A stretch of DNA of 64,000 bases, taken from contig NW_019028995.1 of assembly GCF_002105155.1 (NCBI RefSeq), positions 62,001 to 126,000 of the forward strand, given 5' to 3'. A model generated the notes under the pieces. It did not search any database. It was not told the origin of the DNA and was given only the letters and a program-made list of their open reading frames with translations. This DNA comes from Lobosporangium transversale. Its lineage: Eukaryota. The position numbers were made by a program, and so were the translations under genes. Shown here piece after piece: positions 35,796-50,500 of this stretch (its first letter is position 1; each line of letters begins with the position of its first letter).

Positions 35796-37881
35796 ATGAT
35801 GCATACCGCCATCATCCGTCGTCTTATAAAAGTCTCATCAGACTCGGGATCTCCTACATTGCTTGTGTGCCACGCATCACAACAGCAAAAATACTCAAGA
35901 TGCCAGGTCACAACAGCATCAATAGCGGTGATAGCGCCTATGAGGCGGACCCTACATGTAACTACTCGACAGGCAAATAGTGTTAGCAACAGAAATAAGA
36001 CTAGCAGCCACTTGGTTAAGGCTAATCATAATAGTCAACATCTTGAAGAGCATCGTCTTTTGACACAAGCTCCAACCCACGGATATCATTCCCGGCCTAG
36101 TACTAACGCCATCATGAGAAGAGATACTGGAGTGATAGCGACTGCCTCTCGTCTTCTACAGGCAACAGACCCCATATACCTCAAAGCCATGGCCTCAGCT
36201 CGGAGGAGTTTCTTCTCACAATCCGAGCAGCGTGAAATGGACGATATAGTTTCATTCTATGATGATAAGGTGACTCAGGTATAGTAAATCTTAAATACAT
36301 TTATTGAAGCAGTGACTTTTACCCTTTTCTTTCTTTCTACTATATTCTTTATACTTCATGAAAGAAGCCACTTTGAAGTTTATATTGCTTGCACTAGATG
36401 GGCAATAGGTTTTCAACTGGACTAACCAATTCATTTTCTCGCTGACCTTTAATGACATCTTAGTATGCAAATCAAGACATTCAGACAGTCACACTCAAAG
36501 CTCTTTTAGGACTAGGACGGTCAGGATTAACAACATCATCATCTCCACCTTTGTCAACATCAACACCAACAGCAACAGCAGCATCAGCCCAGCAACGACG
36601 AGATGAAGAAGCGGCTAAAGACCTTGCTATCAATTTGGATGTAGCACGGTATGCACGTAAGGAGTTACCAGTTCGATTGGCGCGACTGATCAAAGAAACT
36701 CAGAAGCTTCCTTTCATCGTGGGAACAAATCCCTATATCAAACGAGTCTACAAGTTGTACTATGACTCTTTTCAAACTATTACAGCAAGTCCACAGCAAA
36801 TTAAGAATAAAGAGGATCTTGATCGGTTTGCAAATCTGTTGCAAGGCCTTGTAGCATCTCACGCCGATGTTATTCCTATGCTTTCTCAAGGTAACGAATG
36901 GACATGCGCATCTATTGGAGGCGATTTGTCTGCTATTTTCTCACGTTTACTTCACTTTTTGACATATCTTTATTGTTTTCCAAATTACGTTATTTAGGTT
37001 TCTTGGAATGCAAAAAGTATATGGAAAAGGAAGCGATTAAAAAGTATTTAGATGGAATTATTCAAGCTCGTATTGGTATTCGCTTGATTGCTGAACAGGT
37101 AATTTCGCTCAGAGAGCAACGAGATTATAACGAAGAAAAGACCAACAGTGATATTCAGAATGCCTCCGGAGAAAGGATGTCTACATCATCACAATCCTTA
37201 TTAGAGGCTGTACCCCGTCGTCACTCGGATGTTGTGGGAGTGGTTCATACAGAGCTTCGACCTGCAGATTTGATCAAAACATGCGCCTCCTTTGTCCAGG
37301 ATCTATGTGATGTCAACTATGGATCGAGTCCTGAGGTTGTAATTAATGGACAGACAGATGCAACGTTCACCTATGTTCCAGTTCATCTCGAATATATCCT
37401 CTGCGAGTTGCTCAAGAATGCTGTCCGAGCTACCGTGGAGCATTCGCAAAAGATTGGCAGATCCGCTATTAGCCCTCATGGCACCCAGCACCAGCCTCTC
37501 TTTTCATCATCAGCAGCGGGCTCTCATCATGAAAAGCGCAGCAACAGCGCCGTAATTATCAACCAGGATGATGATCAGGATATCACAAGACGACCTAATG
37601 AATTTGGACACCCACCTGTGGAAGTGACTATCGCTCAGGGAGAGCACGAAATCACAATTAGGATCAGGGACCATGGTGGAGGAATACCACGAGAATATTT
37701 CGATTCAATTTTTGATTATTCATTCACAACTGTTAAGAACGAGAACGATACAGCGAATTCCATGGATGCTGGAGGTGATACACCCTATGGTGTGGATAGT
37801 ATCTTTAAGGGAGTCAGTCGACTTGCGATGCAGGCTGGTTTGGGTGGTCCTATTGCTGGGCTTGGATTTGGGTAAGCTTGT

Positions 37882-37915
<34 letters not shown>

Positions 37916-38116
37916 GCTGCATTCTTTATTTTCAAGCAATATTTATTAATACCGCCCCCTTTTTTTCCTTCCTATAATAATAGGTTACCATTGACAAAGA
38001 TATATGCACAATACTTTGGTGGTGATATGCAACTAGTCTCGCTGCAGGGATATGGCTGTGATGTATTTTTGAAGCTCAAGCAGATTGATGAGAACTTGGA
38101 CGAGCTTCGAATTTAA
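35796..38116 (+). CDS. Mitochondrial alpha-ketoacid dehydrogenase kinase (BCKDK/PDK family, BCKDK/Pkp2-like)
   Basis: Presequence-like N-terminus, ELPVRLA, LPFIVGTNP, ELLKNAVRA (N box), DHGGGIP (G1) and AGLGFGLPL (G2). Four exons. Confidence 0.92.
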
Positions 38117-38316
38117 AGTCTGCCTTCTCTTTTTTTTTTTATTTTTTTTTTTTATTTTTTTAGTTGTTGAAGCTACGTTTCAAAGGAGCAACGTTTATAT
38201 ATATACTGTGTATGTCATTTATTCTTTTTATTATTATTCTACATTGTACAACAGAAAATAAAAAAAAATACATATATAATATATATATAACACGAGCATA
38301 TTTTCTAGCAACTCTA

Positions 38317-40530
38317 TTACGGCTTTCCACAATCTGTCTTTTGCTTCTTAGTGAGGCCTGAATCCTGCACTACGGAGGCAGGTGCTAGTGTTACTGTAGA
38401 CGTAGATATAGATGCTGTGCTCGGTTCTTTCCGTTTAATTAGACTAGAGCTCAAATTATTGACTACAGGCGTCTTACGTTTGATAAAACTAGCATTCAAA
38501 ACATTGACCGTTGGAGCCTGTCCCGAAGACGATACAGATGCAAACTCCGGGACTTTGGGCTTGATCAATCCAGCTCCAAGAATGTTCACAGTAGGCGCAG
38601 AAGATGAAGCATTGATGGAACTGGTGGAACTGGTGGACTGCGACTGGTTGCTTACGACTATCTCGTTCACATGCTGTAAGAATATGGTGAGACTTGTAGT
38701 CTGAATCCATGAAGGTAGCAATGTAGAATGGTTCTCTTCTTGTTGTTGTTGTCGTTTTTCTTGAAGCTTTCGAGTCCAGCTATTGAAGCGGTTCATCCAC
38801 TGTCTAGTAGAGTTTTTAGACTTCTCCAGAGTCGAAAAGTCTAAGCTCAGTAGATAGTTGATGACCTTTGTGTATGATTCTGATGAACCTTGCGCAGGTG
38901 AAATAACGGTTTCTATCCCTGCTGCTACCGTTGTTTCTGCTGTTGTTTCATGAGATACAGATGTACTTTTGGATCCTTTTGGCTCTTCCTCGACCGCTCC
39001 AGTCAGTTTTTGTCCCTCCTCTCCCTTTGCTTTCTGTTCATTTGTTTCTCCTTCTTTTTCCCCTTCTTCTTCATCTTCTTCTATGTTTCCTTCTTCCACT
39101 ATGCGGAAAAAGCCCGTAATTTTCCCAGCACCGCTTTCTTCTCCAATAGCTACCAGCTCCCAAAACGTGTTGATATCAACAGCTCCGCCAGAACATGAAG
39201 CAGATTGCATTAGCCTAGACTTTGGGTCGTCAGGGAACTGTGGGATCAAAGAGTATGCCATCTCCTTGGAATTTCTATCAGGGTAGCCATATGTCCAATG
39301 GAATGTCGTCGTAGTCGATAGGCTTATTGAGGATAAAGGTGAGAATCGGATGATGCTCGATGCTTGACGTTCCGTCTCCATCCCTGGGATATACCACCAT
39401 GCCTGTTGTTTCCTTTTACATTTACTGTCATTGACGGGAATTTGTTGACTGTAGATAGTTGTCAACAAATTTTTCCACCAGCGGACCAAACCGCGATCAT
39501 CCAGAACGCGTTTCCCAGTATTTTGAGCAGATTCTGCAAAGAGGTACTGAGGTTGAGCACGCGCAAAGACATAAAGCGAAGTTTTGTGTGGGGTGGATAC
39601 TAGTAATGGTAGCTCAAACCCTTCTTCTTCTTCTTCTTGTTGTTGTTGTTGTTGTTGTTGCAGCTTTTGTTCTTCGTCATTTGACAACGGGCTAGAGTCG
39701 CCTGTTGCATCCCCACAACTGTCCTCTTTATCACTTCTCTGCCCATTTTCCTTTTTCTTTTCGGATGAGATAGCCATAGAGGAAAGTTTCGCTGCGGCTA
39801 CAGCTGATGACGATTGATGGTGAAGATGAGAGATACAAGTAGAACCTTTAGTGAACGCGGTGGTGATGATAGTGTTGGATCGCATTGCGTTCAAGTAGCC
39901 TCGGACTAAAGCGTGTGTGGGACTCTTAAGCCCTCGTGTGTCGACTTTAGGCAGAGGCCAGCAACCAGAGGTATCTACCTTGGCAATATAAATGATACGT
40001 TCGAGTGGACACTCGTTCGAGCTGTGGCTCTTAGCGCTACTACTACTAATATCAGCAGTAGTCATCGGCGTGAGTAGGTATTCAAGCACCTCTAGGCCCG
40101 CAACAAGTACAGGTGCATCTATTCCTTCTGTACTTGGTTCATGCTCTTTTTCCTGCTCCATGTATCTTTTCTGGTCAAGGACTTGGTGGCCATGATTCAG
40201 GGCACCCTTGTTCTCCTTCGTTTCCGCTTTTGGTCCAATTGACAAAAGAATCAACCTCTCTTGCACTGTAATACTCTGGTGGCGCTTTTTTTGGACATGG
40301 GGTGGAAAAAGCTTCTTGCACGTCGTGGGTCGAGTTAAAAAACTGAACAGCTGAAACTCATATGGATAAAAAAGGTCTTGCCTCTGATAGGACTGCTCTT
40401 CATTAGGCTTATCATTACTCTTATTGTAGTTCAAAGGAACTCTTTTTACTTGGCCTTGGAAAGAAATAATGAGCTCTTGTGCAATGGACTTGAGCACTGG
40501 ATCTTCACCAATGACATTAATGGATGTCAT
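38317..40530 (-). CDS. RTT109: Histone H3K56 acetyltransferase Rtt109
   Basis: Single 737-aa ORF with YIAKVDTSG, FARAQPQYLF..S..N..KRVL....LVRWW and IPQFPDDPKSR motifs. Confidence 0.9.
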   Translation of the reverse strand: MTSINVIGEDPVLKSIAQELIISFQGQVKRVPLNYNKSNDKPNEEQSYQRQDLFYPYEFQLFSFLTRPTTCKKLFPPHVQKKRHQSITVQERLILLSIGPKAETKENKGALNHGHQVLDQKRYMEQEKEHEPSTEGIDAPVLVAGLEVLEYLLTPMTTADISSSSAKSHSSNECPLERIIYIAKVDTSGCWPLPKVDTRGLKSPTHALVRGYLNAMRSNTIITTAFTKGSTCISHLHHQSSSAVAAAKLSSMAISSEKKKENGQRSDKEDSCGDATGDSSPLSNDEEQKLQQQQQQQQEEEEEGFELPLLVSTPHKTSLYVFARAQPQYLFAESAQNTGKRVLDDRGLVRWWKNLLTTIYSQQIPVNDSKCKRKQQAWWYIPGMETERQASSIIRFSPLSSISLSTTTTFHWTYGYPDRNSKEMAYSLIPQFPDDPKSRLMQSASCSGGAVDINTFWELVAIGEESGAGKITGFFRIVEEGNIEEDEEEGEKEGETNEQKAKGEEGQKLTGAVEEEPKGSKSTSVSHETTAETTVAAGIETVISPAQGSSESYTKVINYLLSLDFSTLEKSKNSTRQWMNRFNSWTRKLQEKRQQQQEENHSTLLPSWIQTTSLTIFLQHVNEIVVSNQSQSTSSTSSINASSSAPTVNILGAGLIKPKVPEFASVSSSGQAPTVNVLNASFIKRKTPVVNNLSSSLIKRKEPSTASISTSTVTLAPASVVQDSGLTKKQKTDCGKP

Positions 40531-40771
40531 TTCTTGAATCTAAAAGAGGTTGACGAAGGATTGCCGAATCACGTCTAATTTTTTTTTTTTTTTTTTTCTT
40601 TGGTGGCACAAGCGTTGGTATCAAAGCCACTCTGCGCAACAAATCTATTGGTTACGGAATACGCGTTTTTTCTGATTCGAATGACCAAATTGACAAATAG
40701 AAGCAATTTAACGCGATAAACAAACTAAAGGTGCGTTAAAGATATATTAACAATATAATTACTATGAACAG

Positions 40772-40803
<32 letters not shown>

Positions 40804-41007
40804 TCTATAGTGAATCACAGATGTTACATGCCATAATTTTTTTTTGTCCTTGCTGTTAAAACAAGATGTAACCAAGCCAAGAAGAACTGTACAGGCATAT
40901 CGAGCGATGAGATAAAAGGGAAAACAATTAAAGAAGCAGTGGTATACGAACGTTCCTTTCTCATCACAGGCAAGTAGCTCATCCAGACTACTCACCACCT
41001 ATTCTTT

Positions 41008-43306
41008 TCAACCATAGGTCGTGACGATCTGAGCCAAATGTGCAAGCCCAGACATTTCCTCCTCTGTTTCTTGGTTACGCTGTTTATCTGCATTATGTGC
41101 CTTTGCAGGTAAAGAGACCGAAGAAGCCGAAGAGGTAGAGGTCATGGATGAGGCTGAAGACATGATGGACAAACGTGTCGTAGACGACATGTCCTCATCC
41201 TCCATTGATGTGCCTTGATACTGAGATGTAAGGCGTGGCTGAGGCTCATAATGTGATTCGCGATGTTCACGGTACTGGTGCCTATCTTGCTGTAAACAGT
41301 CTTGAATAGGATCAAAGCGATACTTTGTTGGTGTATGCGGTGTCGACTGGGGCGAAGGTGGCATAGCAGCATTCAGGCGATTACTAAGGTATCTGTTTTC
41401 GTGAGTCAACCTTTCATGAGCATGAGCAGACGAATTGTGTTGGTAATCATCGTGAGGTTGAGCCGCCTGAGCATGACCAGCATGTGATGAGTTGCTATGG
41501 TGTTGATGATAAGATTGTTCCGGATGTGGCTGTTGGCTGTAGTAAGCTTGATGATAGTAGTGCCGGTTGCGATCCTCCAATGATGGTGTAACTCCCTCCA
41601 TGCGCTCGACGTCCTGCGTCATAGGCGATCTGGGAGAGGCAAGGACATCGGACCGATGGTACTTAAGAGCAGGCTTGGAGATATCGATATCGTGACTATG
41701 ATTGTAGGATGTATGCATGTCCTGATGACGAGTAGCCAAAGGATATGGAGCGGCTGGGGTGTATGCGGCTTGGTGCTGGCTGTGGTTCACGAATGTCGCT
41801 GACATCGTTGGGGTTAGAGGTGATGGCATGGCTCCTTGAGAGGTAGCAATAGGGTGACCAGCAGCTTGTCCATGGCCTTCATTCTGTGACTGCGACATTG
41901 ACGACACGGCATGCACGTCGAAGTGAGGCATAGGTGTGTGGTGTTGATAGGCTTGAATGACGCCCGATTTTTTATGTCTTAGGCCAACAGTACCACTGCC
42001 AACATTGTAGTTTACATCCATATGATTGCGTCCATTAAATTCAATGCCGTTATTGCGGTCGAGAGGATTGAAGCGCGGAGGCGAGTTTTGTCGAGAACCT
42101 TGACGTGACCCGTTCATCTTGGAGACATGATGATGTTGATCATAGTCAGCTCCATGATAGCCTATCACTGGGCTGTGCTCACGGCCAGTATGAACCAAGT
42201 TCTCTTGAGAGCTGTTGCCACTGACGCCTACAGTCAGAATCTCCTTTTTAATAGGACAACGACGTGATTTAGGTGAAATATGAGTACGATAATGTTGCAT
42301 CATGTTATCTTGACGAGAAAACTTGCTGGGACATCCAGGCATAAGACACGGAAAGTTTCGTTCTCCAGTATGAATCCTATTATGCCGAGCAAGGTGTCCG
42401 CTATATAATTACCAATAAGGAAAAAAAAAAAAAAAAAAAAAAAAGGATAAGTCTATATTCGCATGTGTGCATTATCGAAATATCGCAAATGGGCAAGGCT
42501 GAAACACTGTACCTCGTGGTGAAGCACTTATGGCAACCAGGGTGCGAACACATATATTTGCGCTTTGCAGCAACAGGGGACCCAGATGCGTTGGTAGAGT
42601 TGGGATCTGACGGTTTTCGATTCGATTCCGAGTCATCTGACTGATTTTCCTCAGAGTAAGATCGTGAAAAGAATGGATGCGTTGGTGACGATACAGAGGC
42701 GGAAGGGCTGGAAGAGGCTGCGGAAATCCTTGGGGATAGTGTAGAGCCGCTACTGAGACTCCGACTGCGTTGTGACGATATTGCTAGGGGCTTTGAGGAT
42801 GACTTTGAGGACGTCAGTTCACCACTGGAATAGATGGGTGTAGATGCGTTAGTAAGGGATGACGATCGTCCGGTATAGCTGCTCTCTGAATGGTCCTGAT
42901 CATGAGTCTCTTCTTGACGATGACCTGGGTAGGATTGAAAGCGTTGCATGGGATGTGGGCGTTCGTTTGAAGTGTGTCTCTGTCGACTAGCTGTCTCTTG
43001 CGAGCGAAGAGACGGAGAAAATGGTGAGTGAGGCACGGGCTGTTGTTCGGATGGTGTATTGATTTCAGCTGAATTGTCGTTGAGGATACTGACTTTAGCT
43101 CCAGTAGCGTTCGTAATAGATAGTCCGGCAAGACGCTTTGACTGTTGGTGAAGAGCCGAGTCTGCTTCAGAAAAGTCCATTTGACTTGAGGGAAATGTGG
43201 AGGAATGTGGCTGGGAGCTGGGACGGGCCGAGGGTTGGGTATGATCGTAAAAGGAGTGAGAATAAGAGGATGTTGGAAGAGTAGAGAGGGAAGCTGTGCT
43301 TGGCAT
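41008..43306 (-). CDS. NRG1: C2H2 zinc-finger transcription factor, Nrg1-like
   Basis: Removing intron 42401-42512 gives [53 protein letters not shown], a tandem finger pair characteristic of Nrg1/Nrg2. The start codon is uncertain because an acceptor-like CCCAG lies just upstream. Confidence 0.85.
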
Positions 43307-46300
43307 GACCTGGGAAGAATACAAGGCGATTCGCGAAAAGGCAGACAAAGGTCCTATTGTGACTGTATCAGAAGAACAGTTCAGACTAAAGTTAAGCACT
43401 GGAAAATGAGAGCAATGGGCCCCTGTTTGACCAACTGGAACCTGCACAGCAGTATACTCCAGCTGGAAATTGCGATGAGGGTACTAAAGAAAGATTGGCG
43501 GAAGTAGGCCAACAATGATGAAAGGGATTTCCCGAAAAAATTAATGCATGTCTAAAAAAGACATACTCCGTCAACGCACCCGCATGCATCTCAACGTCAA
43601 TACCATATTTTGTCCCTTCTTTAATAGACTACATTCGGACATGTTTGTATAGGAGTGAGCGGAGCAGAAAAAAGAAAAAAGAAAAAAGAAAAAAAAAAAA
43701 AGGGTGGGTAAGGGGAGGAAGAGGGACTAGGTCTGAGACTAGTACATGGCTATGGGAGAGCCATGGCAGTAACGGTGACCATAGTGGTTCTTTAGGACAG
43801 GGTGCAGATGCAGAGAGTCCAGTTGTTTGTCCTTTTGAGCTCAGACAAAAATAAATAAGTTAACTTAAAGAGGATGACTTTTCTGGATTAACGTTAAATC
43901 GAACAAAAATGTAATTCATTCTCAATTATTGTAAAATATAAATCAACCAAATCACCGGTTTAGTAAATGTGCAGGCAAATGGCAACGACCAAGGAAAAAA
44001 AAAAAAAAAAAATTGAGCTCGTTCGACTTGGTGAATTAAAAAAATAAAATATAAATATATACATTGCTGTTCTCTTCTACTTTTGCGTCGTTGCAGACGT
44101 AAAACAGTTGCAACAGTTAACTCGCTGGACAAATCAATAAAAGGGGTAAAAGAATGATAAAAAGAGAAATACAACAATAATAAACGGTGAAGAGTGACAT
44201 GAGATGATTGATTATATATTTATATATTGGTTATTGTTTGGTAAAAGAGTCTTGATAAGACATAGAAAGACTCGAGAAGCTTGACAAAAAAAAAGCTCTC
44301 CTTCGCCGACAAAGTAGTTATTGCACTGTCTGCCTTACATTTACGGATAGAGCTGGCGCAAATTGTGATTGTGATATGAAAAGCGGGAAGAGACGCGTGC
44401 AGGAGGTAAAAGAGAAGTTGTTCAAGTTGGAACAGGCTATTCTAGGGAGAAAGGGAAGAAGGAAGGTGGCCTAAAGTAGCTTTACAAAAGACAGGACAGG
44501 GAAGTGTGGAATGAGGATTGGGTCGAATGGCAAAGGGCAAGCAAACAGTGAGCAGTGGGTAGTGGATGGGTATGTGTGTTTGAGGGGGTGATATCAGAAT
44601 AGGACAAGACAGTGAACAAAAGCCATAAGAGATGAAGAAAAGAACGGAAAAGAGATAAAGGATGTGCGGATGGAGAAAGAAAGAAAAAGGGAAAAAGGGT
44701 CGAGAATACAAACACTCATTTTATATAAATATTTATTCTACACATTGTTTTGATACCTTGATAAAGTATTCTGAAGCAATAGCAAAGCAAAAGAGCATTC
44801 TTATTTTTTATTTTATTTTAAAATACCAACTGAATAAAGGATAGCATATTCAATCCTGTTCTATAAACTAAAGAAATATGTATCCTTGCAGGACACATTC
44901 ACAAGTCGGTCCCTTCTCCGTGCAGGGTTACGTACATCCGTAATGGGTAACGGCTTCGTTTATTTTTATTCAAAATTCTTCCATTTAAGCAAACGGATAC
45001 ACCATCCTCATTTACGCATACACCTTCTTGGCTTTGCCGTTGCCATTGAAGGATGAGCTATCTTTGATCATCTCGTAGAAAATGAGGTTAAAACATCGAC
45101 AGGAATTAGGTTGTCTTGCGAAACCCTGCAGGCCATCCTACCTCTCAACTGCGTACAGCAATGCTACCATCTTTCCATAGATGCTGGTTTGTCAAGTCCA
45201 ATAGTGAATATGGGCGAAAAAGATGTGTAAATAATTCAATGAATCTGCACTGAATTGAATGTAAAATAAAGGTGTTCGGTGTGTAAATGAATGGAGGGAG
45301 CAAAAGAGAGGGTCCTCACCTCGAAGAGCAGTGGAGTTGAGTTGTTTGTTTGTGTTTGTGCATCCAGTTTCTCTCCCCTCTTACTCTTATTCATGTTACT
45401 GCACACACCTATGATCCTAAAAAGGGGTGAATGAGCTTACCACTTGAAATATCCACTTGAAATATCCCAAAGGATAAGTGTTACTACTCAGAAAAAAAAA
45501 AAAAAAAAAGTACAAACGATGGTGTGCAGTAACATGAAAATAAGAAAACTTTTTTTTTTTTTAAATCTGCAACAGGACCCTAATCTGATTCAAAGCTTGC
45601 CATAAAGATTTATTCATCGTCTTCTCAGTGGTTAAGGATCCATAGAAGACCGCTTGTACACTTGCACTTATTTTATTGCTGAGAAAGATGCGACTCCTTC
45701 CTGGAAAGCACTCTTATAGCAGTTCCCAAGGCATAATGAATGCATCGCATTACAGCATTATATGGGACTTATCAGAATGACAGGAACAGTTTTTATATAT
45801 CTGAAGCAATTGGACTTTTTCTCATTCCATCTCTTACTGCTTGGTGGATAGTCAATCTTTTCTCCTCGAGATCGCTCCCACCCTCATCCTCCAAACCCTC
45901 TCCTGGAATCCTTTTACCTCATTGTGCAGGTTTGAGGCAACCTGGGTTCAGTTCAGCGTTGCCACATTGATTACAGCTAAAACAGAATTAAACATCTGAA
46001 GATCGACAACTGCAAGCTGATAGAAGGTGGGTGTAATGGTTTTCTATGGACTACGCGCCAGCAACGATAGATTCTGACATGATTCTCCGTTCCATTTGCT
46101 CATTCCTACTCGCCGCTCTCTCCAGTCCAATCGTTTCAAAAAATGCGAATAAAATTCCTTTTATATTCCCTGAGATGGGCAGTTTCAGATGGTTTAAGGA
46201 ATATAATCTTAGTTTGTGTCCATGTTTCCAAGCAGACACCTATTATCCTTAGCTGCCATAGTCGTTCGACTTTCTTCACCTTTTTTATTTAATTTTATTT

Positions 46301-47359
46301 TATCTTATTTATTTTTTAGACCTATTGATACAGCTTAAGTCAAGCTAAAAGGTATGAGCATGACTACGCGTAGCATACACGATGTTAATGCTTAATCAAA
46401 GTCAAGGAATTTATTGTGCCGCCATTTAAAGTAAAAAAAAAAAAAAAAAAAAAACTTCTCTTGATGCCTCTTTTTTTTTCTTTTGCACTCACCCGGTTCT
46501 ACCTTTCCATCACTTTTCCTCATAAATGATAAGTACAAGATGCTACTATATATATACTCTGTCCATCAGGAGCATTAGGGTAATTACAGTGAACGAAAAA
46601 AGGGCATAGTTTAATTAAAGTATTTCTTACTTTCCTTGCCATGAGCCGCGGCGCGGAATAAGAGTTTATTTGGTTAATATGGCCACTTTCTCCAAGCGCT
46701 ACAGTCATGTCATGTTTAGCATTCATGGAAAGTCACATTCACAAACATAAACACAGGTGTATAAATATTTAGACCCGATATCTGACCCGCTAACTTTCCT
46801 TATGGCACAAGGAGCATGGTGCTCAACTGACCTTGCTCGGATTATTAATGTTTAACTTCAGCAAGCGAAATGCTATCCTGTCTCAATACAATTGTCTGTG
46901 CTTAGCTTGATGGGCTTGTTCACGATCCTAGTCCAAACATGTAACAGCATCCAGGGATAGTGCATACAATGAAACCCGCAGGGCTTAGCATCCATATCAT
47001 ATATATAAGCTCAATTTGAATGATAAAAAAGACTTCAATAGACAATACACTGTATATCTTGAGCTGTGTCTTTATGCAAGCTCGGCAGCCTAACTGATAT
47101 CCCGGAAATAGTCACCCAAGCAACCAAATAGTATATCAGAGTTTTGAATTTTGACCGCTTTGATAACAATGCGTCTTGTCATAGAGAATACTCTTCCATA
47201 TCCTCCGTTGGGGCTTATTTTGGCTGTGGGTTTCGGTAGTCGAGCTAGAGAATAGGACAATTCTGGATATAAACCTTGATAAAGAATAGCAATACTGTTC
47301 AGAGGCCAGGCTCATACTCTGGCACCCTGCTGTATTGTACATACTTTTAGGATAAAGAA

Positions 47360-47396
<37 letters not shown>

Positions 47397-47485
47397 CAGG
47401 CAGTTACTGATCTCAACTACAAGTCTAACAATAAATAAACAAAAAAGCGATAGTAAAAAAGCAAAAACAACTTAATGCTGACCAA

Positions 47486-47521
<36 letters not shown>

Positions 47522-50500
47522 AAACTAGGCCACAGTGGAGCAAGGCGAAAGATCTTCCAGGTTCCCCCTTTTTCCCACAGAGCAATCGCGCCAATTTAAT
47601 TTTACCGGGAGATCATCCAGATTCCTACATATCCTGTATTTATCTGGCCTATGGGCGCAGAAGAAGATTATGAACAAAACCCAAATAAGTCAAAGTAAAA
47701 TGGATGGCACAAGTTCAAATGCAGTTGGGACTGTACGACAGTCGTTTCTGAGCAATAGAATGAATTCCTTTTTTTTTTTAGCTATATTCTTAAGCAACAG
47801 TATATGTATATATTTACAGAAGTATTGTAAAGGAATCTCGCAGTTTTCAACTGAAGCGATGTCTCTTCATCGATAGCGACACATTTGCAGGAAAGAGCAA
47901 CCAAGAGTCTTTCTCTAAGCGTTAGGTTGGTAATAGCTCTATTTCTTTTAATATGTATCCTTTGCATCTTGTTAACAAGGCTCTTTGTGAGAAAATTCAG
48001 TTAGAGCATACATGTCCCGCATTAAATTAATAACAGGCATCAATCGTAGGCTGTAGGCCTCCATAATGCATCATTGGAGGATACTACATTTATACAGATA
48101 TACTGCAATTCGCCTCAGTGTGCACCTTGTGAGTTGTTTGGGTATAGAAACCAAGTCGTGCATGCATTGATACATATGGTGATACATGTTATTTTTTATA
48201 TATTTTATATTCTGTGAATAGGTCGATTTATACCAAATGATTCAATCTCGAGGTGGAGGAATCGAGTGGAAATGTTGGGACCATTTTATGCTCTATTTCT
48301 GCGCTACATGATAAAACGAGAGAAAAATGAACAGGAGCGCATGGTCCTCACGCTCTTTTGGTTCTGCTCCAAAGAACAGCCGCAGCTCGCATTATCAAAC
48401 AAACACAAACAACCCCCTTCAAATTTTTTATTTTCTTACCCCCAAAGCAAAATGAAAGGAGAGCCGAGAAAAGACTATGGCAACCATCCAGTTGTATTCC
48501 TCTTTCATACAATGTTCCAATACAGAATAAATGGATGAATGGACTGAATAAAATGGTTTGATGAACTAACAGAAAGCCGAGAGCCAACAAAGAGAGCTGT
48601 AAGATAAAGTTAATTATGGTTGGACACGGCTTGACAGAAATGAATGGTTCCATCACATCAAGTAAAAAGGGAGAATACTCTGCAAGCATTTTAGAGTGGA
48701 GGTTAATGTTATGTGTGATGGTTTGGTATGGCAAGTGCATAGATTGGATATGTAGATGATGCCTTGCGCAAGAGATGCCAGTCAACCGACTGCATCTGGT
48801 ATCCCGATGGCAATGAAGTTTTTTTTATAGCAAATTGAGTTCTTCGCAGCGATTATCGTCTTTTCTAATCTTTCTTCGACTTATCATGAGAATGCATAAA
48901 GAATCATTGTGCATTCTGCTCACTCATTTGTCATGAAAAAGATTTTCATGCTCCAACGTCTCCACGTTCTGTATCTCTACTCTTGTACAAACATCATGCC
49001 ATGACCTCTTCGAATGTAAGCATTGCCACCTCTGTCCAGAAGATGTGACATGCGTTTCTTGGTGATAATATTATTAATTCTAAATGTCCGCTACTGTTTC
49101 TCATTCACTTTTCTCATCAAGTACAGTCTGTAGATCCTATAACCGGAGCTGCTCTCCATGTGCCCTCTCTCCACATGATTTTCTATTCCGCACAATTATT
49201 CTATCATCACGGTGCTTCGGAAGCATAGCTCAAGTTGAGTCCGTTTTGTTTAGTTTCTACAGCATTGGCTTGAAGTTATCTGTTTTGGCATCACAAGGAT
49301 CTCAATTCCTACATACTACAAGGGACGGTTTGATTGAGAATAGTGTTATCACTAATCACTGATCAATTTTTTTTTTCCTTCAATGCTCTTCTATGTGCAT
49401 CTCAATCAATACGAATGGAAAACTGTGAAGGGAATGAAAAGCCTAGCAATAACTGTAGCAACTTCTTAATGTTCCTTCTGCTCTTTGGGTTGTTTTAATC
49501 CTAATGTGGATATGAATATTCATTTTAGCTATCATGTGTAATCGAATGCTTGTGGGGCTATTATATTTTTTGCATATATAATTGCTCATTGTTTATCTGC
49601 ATGTTCAGATGTCTGTCTGAATGGAGATGGTACCCACTAACCTTGTACTCTTCATTTCTAACCAGTCGCTGTCATTCCGTGATTTGAATACCACGTCTTT
49701 TAAATTTTTTGTGTCTTTATCAATTATATACATGTATATTTGTATTAATATATAATATAATTTTATTAAGAAATGACGAATTCTCCTATTCAATCTCCAT
49801 CATCACCCATCTTTTTTTTTTTTTTTTTTTTAGTTGCAGGGCCCCAAATCTCCATGACGGCGCCTTTTTCAATTCTATTATTGACTGCAAAGATTAAAAT
49901 TTGGTGCATGAATAAATCATATATATATACAGTATATATATAATAAATGTATAATATGGTTGCAGTATTTCTTACACCGCCAGGGTTTATCCAGTCAACA
50001 AACAGTTTTTCCTCGCGCCCTTTTTTTTATCTTAAGACGAACACAGCAGGGGATACGCTATTTGGATCCAATCCATGGCGCCATGTAAACATCTATATAT
50101 TAAGAGTAGCCCTGCACCTCACTTATGAATATGGCGTGGCCGAAATTACGGATGTTGTTATAACTATATACGCCTTCCCATAATTTCATTTTTTTTACCT
50201 CGGCATTATAATATAAAAAAAGGCGGAGAAATAGCAGGCGTAGCGAAAGAGGGTCCAACAAGAATGACAACATATCTCGCTCATCTCCTGGGAAACAACC
50301 TCGAACAGGGTGGCCCATCAGCAGCTCCTGTATCCGGAGCACATATGAAATTATAGGTTTTTCACCTATAGTGTTCCTTTCCCCAATAGATCTGCATTAC
50401 TAGATTGATAGACATTGTTGTTTGCTGAATGGCATTTGCATGCAATGAATAGCAATTTTTTTTAACCAGTAACATATATATTATAACAAAAAAAAATTGG

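Noticed and set aside
44880..44888. GTATCCTT U12-type donor motif (also ~47954)
   Set aside because: Both are intergenic with no flanking exons, and none of the introns I resolved has a U12 donor.
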